A stretch of 62,957 nucleotides of DNA, filler included, from Collodictyon triciliatum (Eukaryota): the NCBI GenBank assembly GCA_043381765.1. It is 4 parts of 4 records of this genome, joined end to end, with 100 filler letters (N's around TTAATTAATTAA, not from the genome) between each part and the next. Parts side by side here need not be neighbours in the genome. Positions count along the whole stretch, not along the records: positions 53,381 to 62,957 come from JBHJMP010000979.1; 3 more parts are not named here. One strand, written 5' to 3'. The notes below the pieces were generated by a model. That model did no database searches. It saw only the letters and a list, made by a program, of their open reading frames with translations, and was not told where the DNA came from. Positions 58,001 through 62,957 of this stretch are shown here, one piece after another. Both the position numbers and the translations under genes were made by a program. The stretch's first letter is position 1, and each line of letters begins with the position of its first letter.

Positions 58001-61000
58001 ATATTCAGGTAATTTACTGTCATACAATGAAAGACAATATATATATATATCCAACCATTCTTTATGGGTTTTGTTTTATAAATAGAAACCCTTTGAAGGA
58101 AGCCAAGTCGTGAATTCACTCCATTTTCGGTTTTCCGGCAATTATCCATAACCAATATCACATTTATTAGGATAAGGCTAGCTTGGAGGCAAATCTTCTC
58201 TCGGAAAAGGAGAACACAGCTAAACTAGCTGCCAAGATACAAGAACTGGAAAGCGTATGGATTATTTCTCTATTCACATATCAGGCTCTTCCTTCTGATT
58301 ATGCAATCTATTTATTCTTCCTTTTAATTTGTACAAAATGAGATGTTTTATTCCCAGTTATGTGATACAGCTTTGATGTTATTCCATTTGAATCAAAATG
58401 ATGCGAAGCAATAAGACCAAAAAGAGGTACATGATAATACTATTATAATGTTTCTTCTCTTATATCCAATCAGGTTGTTGCAGAAAAATCATCACAGTTG
58501 ACTGCCTCCTCAGCATCCAACTATACAGAGGTACATCGTTATATTAACTCCTCCAAGCAGCATATTCAGATACTTCTCTCACTCAAGGAAAATGTCGTCT
58601 AAGTCTCAAAATTAATTAATTAGTTTCCTTTCTTTTGCTCCAAAGTAATTTTCTTGACGGAAGGAAAAAAATAAGTAAAAGGAACACATTCCTATGATTC
58701 ATAGGTCACACAGTTAAAGGTTCAAGTCGATACCTTGCAGGCAAAAATCGCCGAGCTTGAAAAATCATCCGATGGGAAGTCAAATGTATGAACATAATTC
58801 AACGACGAAACGCAACCAAAAGAATCCTTACTTTATTTGTCCGAATAGGAGACCTCAGCTCTGGTGGGAGAAAAATCCATGTTGGAAGCGCGAACTGCTG
58901 AACTCGAAAAGGTCTGTTAGAATTTTGTTAAGATATCGCTTCAATGTTTCGATGTAAGAGTATAAGGAAATGCAAATATATAAATCATATTAAGTAATAT
59001 TTTCTCCGAAATTTAAAAAAACAATAATAATTTAGACAATCGCCGAGCAGAAGCAGAACATTGATGACCTTTCATCGAAACTGAGTGTAAGAAAATTTCC
59101 CCCTCCTTATTTGATTCAAAGAGAGTAATAAATAAATAAATAAACATTAAAAGTCAAATGTAATTTGATTTTTTTTTTAATATTTCAAATAGATACGTAC
59201 TTGGATAATCGACCATTCAACACCACTAATACTCTCCTCATGCAATATTACATATTTCCCCCAAATGTGTTCGTGCTCGATAGGGCTCCTATTCTACTGT
59301 GGAAAGCCTTCAAGCTGAAAACAAGAAACTGAATGCAAGTGTATCTGAACAAAACAGCAAAGTGGATGAACTTCAGAAGGTAAGTTTTCACAATATTTCC
59401 CACAAAAAAAAAGAAGAATGAACACATATAAATATTGAGGGGGTAATTGAAGTTTGTATCCCTTGCACTATAAATTAGTGAAGAAGAGAGTATAACCCCC
59501 AAAAAATCTGGTTGAGGCGGTTAAAATTTAATATTATACTAAATAACTGGTTTCAAATATCTTCCCTTTAGAAGCTGGACCAAGAAAGAGCACAAAGTGC
59601 AGCTTTCGGGAAAGAACAGGAGACACTGCTTCGCCAATCTATCAAGTAAATAAGTTCCTTTTAATTGAGGAATATTCATTTCATTATATTTCTTAATTTT
59701 GTGCTTGTTCACACATCTGCCATTACGGGTGTTTATATTTGGCAATTTTGTGATTTAAGAAGAGGTGAACATTGAAAGTTCATTACAAAGATTATTCTCA
59801 AACTGTTTTTGTTCACTATTTTTTTTTTTTTTTTGGGGAAAAGAGAGCTTGAAGGGAAAATCGAAAAGCTCGCACAAGATTTGAAATCCAACACGGCTGA
59901 GCTTGAAAAGGAAAGGGAGAAATCAGGAAAGAACGAACAGTCTTTGAAAGCAGCGTTGGAGGAATCTTCATCCAAGGATGCATCCAATACCTTGAAAATA
60001 CAAGCCCTTGAAAATGTGCAAATATATATTCATTCCCATCACATTTTTATTGAATAATCATTCATATCGTAATATCATGTATCTGAAACCACGAAAACAA
60101 AACAAAACCGCCGTGTACCTTTAGTGTTATATCACTACCCACCAATATGAATCATATATGTATTGTGAAACGTACAGGCCGTTGCTGAAAAGGAAAAAGA
60201 ACTCCGGGACACGAAAACATCGCACGAGTCTATCCAAAAAGAAGTTGCTGCATCTAGCCAGGTACTTTCGATACAGAAGAGATAGCCTGACAACATTAAT
60301 TTTGGCTATTCTTATTTTCTATTTCACACTGCCATTTGCTTACCTCGAATGATGAACCAACATCTCAAGGCACAGTTAGACTTTGTCTCCAAATTATCTA
60401 CTCTTGTCGAAGAAAACAAAGTAAGAATGCACGAAAAACATAGGAAAAATTATAACTTGTACATTCAATGGTAGCATTCAACTCTTACAATTTTAAGAAC
60501 TAAAATATCAAATCGCATATTCGTTCCCTCTAGGCTGTTCAGAGCCAACTGAGTGTTTTAGAGAGCGAAAAGACCTCTCTTGCCAACAAGGTGTCATCTC
60601 TCACGAAATCTCTGGAAGACGCACAAAAGGTAGTAATGTGTTATACAAATTCAACTCTTGTCAAAATTTGCTCGGTAAGAGTAATCCACTCACTAGATAT
60701 TCCCTCTTTCATGCTTATTAATTTAGAGTTTTACCAAACCAACCTTAATCTAACCCTACACATTTTTTTTTTTTTGATGCCCAAACAGAGGCTCCAGGAA
60801 GAGGTTGACCGTCAATCGAGTTCTGGAAAGGAGGCCGAGATATCCTTTAGAAAAACAATCAGGTGATTCTTGACCTGGTTTCGCTGTAACGACATATTTC
60901 TTTCTATCAAAACCAAACAACATTCGTGTATGTATCAATATAATATGACACTATTCCCGATGATTTCATTCAACAGTGACCTAGAGGCAAATATTGCTGG

Positions 61001-62856
61001 TAAGGCCAAAGAGCTTGATGCTAAAGTAGAGGAAGTAGCCAAAGTGTCTGCTGCTCTTAAAACTGCCGAGGAGAATCTTTCACAGCAAAAGAAGGACTCT
61101 GAATCATCATTATCTGAAGCAAAAGCCAGGATTGAAGCTCTCGAAAAGGTTTCTCTTTCTTCCCAGATAGTAATTTATACTTTGTCGTAGCATAAATTTT
61201 TTTTACTCGGGGGGTAGTTGTTCTCCAGTATCCTTTTTTGCTGGAAGGATTCAAGACGCTGATTATTTTCTCAAGGCCTCTGTGAATTTCAACGGGACAG
61301 TGTTCTCTATGAGAATTTTTTATATAGTTACTAATCCATTCATTCATGGGCTGTATTACTCTTAACTGTATGTAAAGTCTGCATCCGAATCAGTATCGCA
61401 AGCAAAATCCCTACAAGAAAAACTGCAGGAAATCTCCAAGGTTGTTGCTCAAATTTAATGTGACCCGAATTTTATCTTTGGACTATTTCTTTATAAAAAA
61501 ATGCCATATAATTCCTAACGCATAGTAGAAGTTGGAATAGCTTAAAAATTTTGTAACAAGGTCTCTGAGGTCCAAGCAGCAGATCTGGCAAAGAGCCGAC
61601 AAGAAAACGATTCTCTGAAAGCGCAGCTGGCAGCCTTGCAAGCGGTTGTTGATTTGTCTAGCTAGAACCTTCCCTGATTTTGCCACTCAAATAATGTTTT
61701 TTTTTTCGCATTATTCTTTCTCAAATATACACTATTCATTCTTCAGGAGTTAAGTTCTTCCAAGAATGAAAACACAACCGCAATCAAGAAACTCGAAGAA
61801 TCATTGGCCAATGCGAAAACCCTTGAAGAGAAAATTGCTAGTGAAACCAAAGCCCGTGAGCTGCAGGCTAAGAGTGCAGATCAGGTATGTCATTTGATCG
61901 ACTTGTAAATAAATGTGAGCATAGTCTAATTCCTTGTTCATATATATCTTATTCGGTTTAGGGGACGCAACAAATTTTGAAAGAAAAGGATGAGGTGATA
62001 TCTAAACTTCAAAAGGTAACCGTGCATATAGACAGTTATGGGTTTTTTCGAAGCACTTTTGCAAAGTGCAATGTATAGATTTTTTAATTTACCTTTTTCT
62101 CACACAAAAAACCGGAAATTGCTTGGATGAATGTAAAAGTTGCTTTTTTCATCGTTTGTTAAATTTGAATAAAAATAAAATATCAGGAATTGGCTGATGT
62201 CAAATCATCCTTGGAGAAAAGTGTAGAATCCTCAAAGACTGATACTGAAAATGTATGATATAAAAATACAAAACTATTATTGTAATTTTGCAGAATTCTC
62301 ATATTTTGGAGAACCATAGAGCAACTTATTAATGAAGTGCTTTATATTTTATCTATTTTTTTACAGCGATTGAAAGCCTTGGAGGCTGCCCAAGCTGATG
62401 TCAAGAGGGTTATACAATTAATAAATTCTCCAATTGAAATTATAGACGTCTCAACAATTTTATTATAATTATTGTAACGGGTGGTTTTTTTTTATTGTTG
62501 CAGGCAAATGAGTCACTTGCCAAAATCGAGAAGGATTTGGAAACTGTATACATAGACCCATTTTACAAATAATACATTATTTTACCAATATTTTGCATAT
62601 ATTTTACATATACATTTAACCTATTAACCAACTATAATATTGCTTGATTTCAAGGTTAATAAAGAAAATCAGAAATACAAAGCCGAACTTGAAAAGGTTT
62701 GCATCATTTCTCCTCTATTTCTGTTTTGCTCAATATTCATTTGTATTGAGGTGATTAGGAAGGCTTAATGTAATATGAAGAAACTCTGAAAAAAAATCAT
62801 ATCCGATTTTATAGATTGAATCATCCAGCAAAGATGCATCCGCCGGTGCTGTTCAG
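55014..62856 (+). CDS. Kelch-repeat plus long coiled-coil protein (Kel1/Tea1-like architecture), many short exons, 3'-incomplete
   Basis: AFLFGGVDDSDSATNDL; PPPRFGHT..IYGG; PAPRCGHTA..YVYGG; PPARAWFG-like repeat; followed by more than 20 small heptad-rich exons (ELEGKIEKLAQDLKSNTAELEKE). Confidence 0.75.
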
Positions 62857-62957
62857 GTTCTACTACCAAACACCTCGCTGCCCCCCCCCCCCCCCCCCCC
62901 CCTCCCTCCCCCCCCTCCTCCCCCCCCCCTTCCCCCCACGCGTTCTGTATGTATCTT

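Overview
Eukaryotic (protist) genomic DNA with many short GT-AG introns and microsatellites. It consists of four unrelated contigs joined by artificial N-TTAATTAATTAA-N linkers (16564-16663, 45744-45843, 53281-53380), plus internal N gaps. Host genes: a large STAND/NLR-like gene (CH-DUF4062-NACHT-TPR-pentapeptide-WD40-Sel1), an IQ-motif protein, a degenerate SUV39-type preSET-SET-ARID gene, SNRNP35, a probable mitochondrial helical-repeat protein, VPS26, RPL9, an EGF/multi-TM receptor, the 5' part of a kelch-type outer-arm dynein heavy chain, and a kelch/coiled-coil protein. Three accessory elements stand out. (1) A compact, intronless, virus-like island (about 16.66-22.06 kb, cut by the contig edge) encoding a Zn-finger-SET-Ulp1 protease fusion, a PHO80-type cyclin and orphan ORFs, with a shared AT-rich upstream motif and a telomere-like G-rich tract. 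(2) A decayed Fanzor with a structured 3' guide-RNA-like region. (3) A dispersed family of 21-53 bp retroposed inserts (core CTTTGAATCGAATAAAGG plus A tail) flanked by 13-17 bp target-site duplications. Exon structures were assembled by eye, boundaries are approximate, and no database searches were run.
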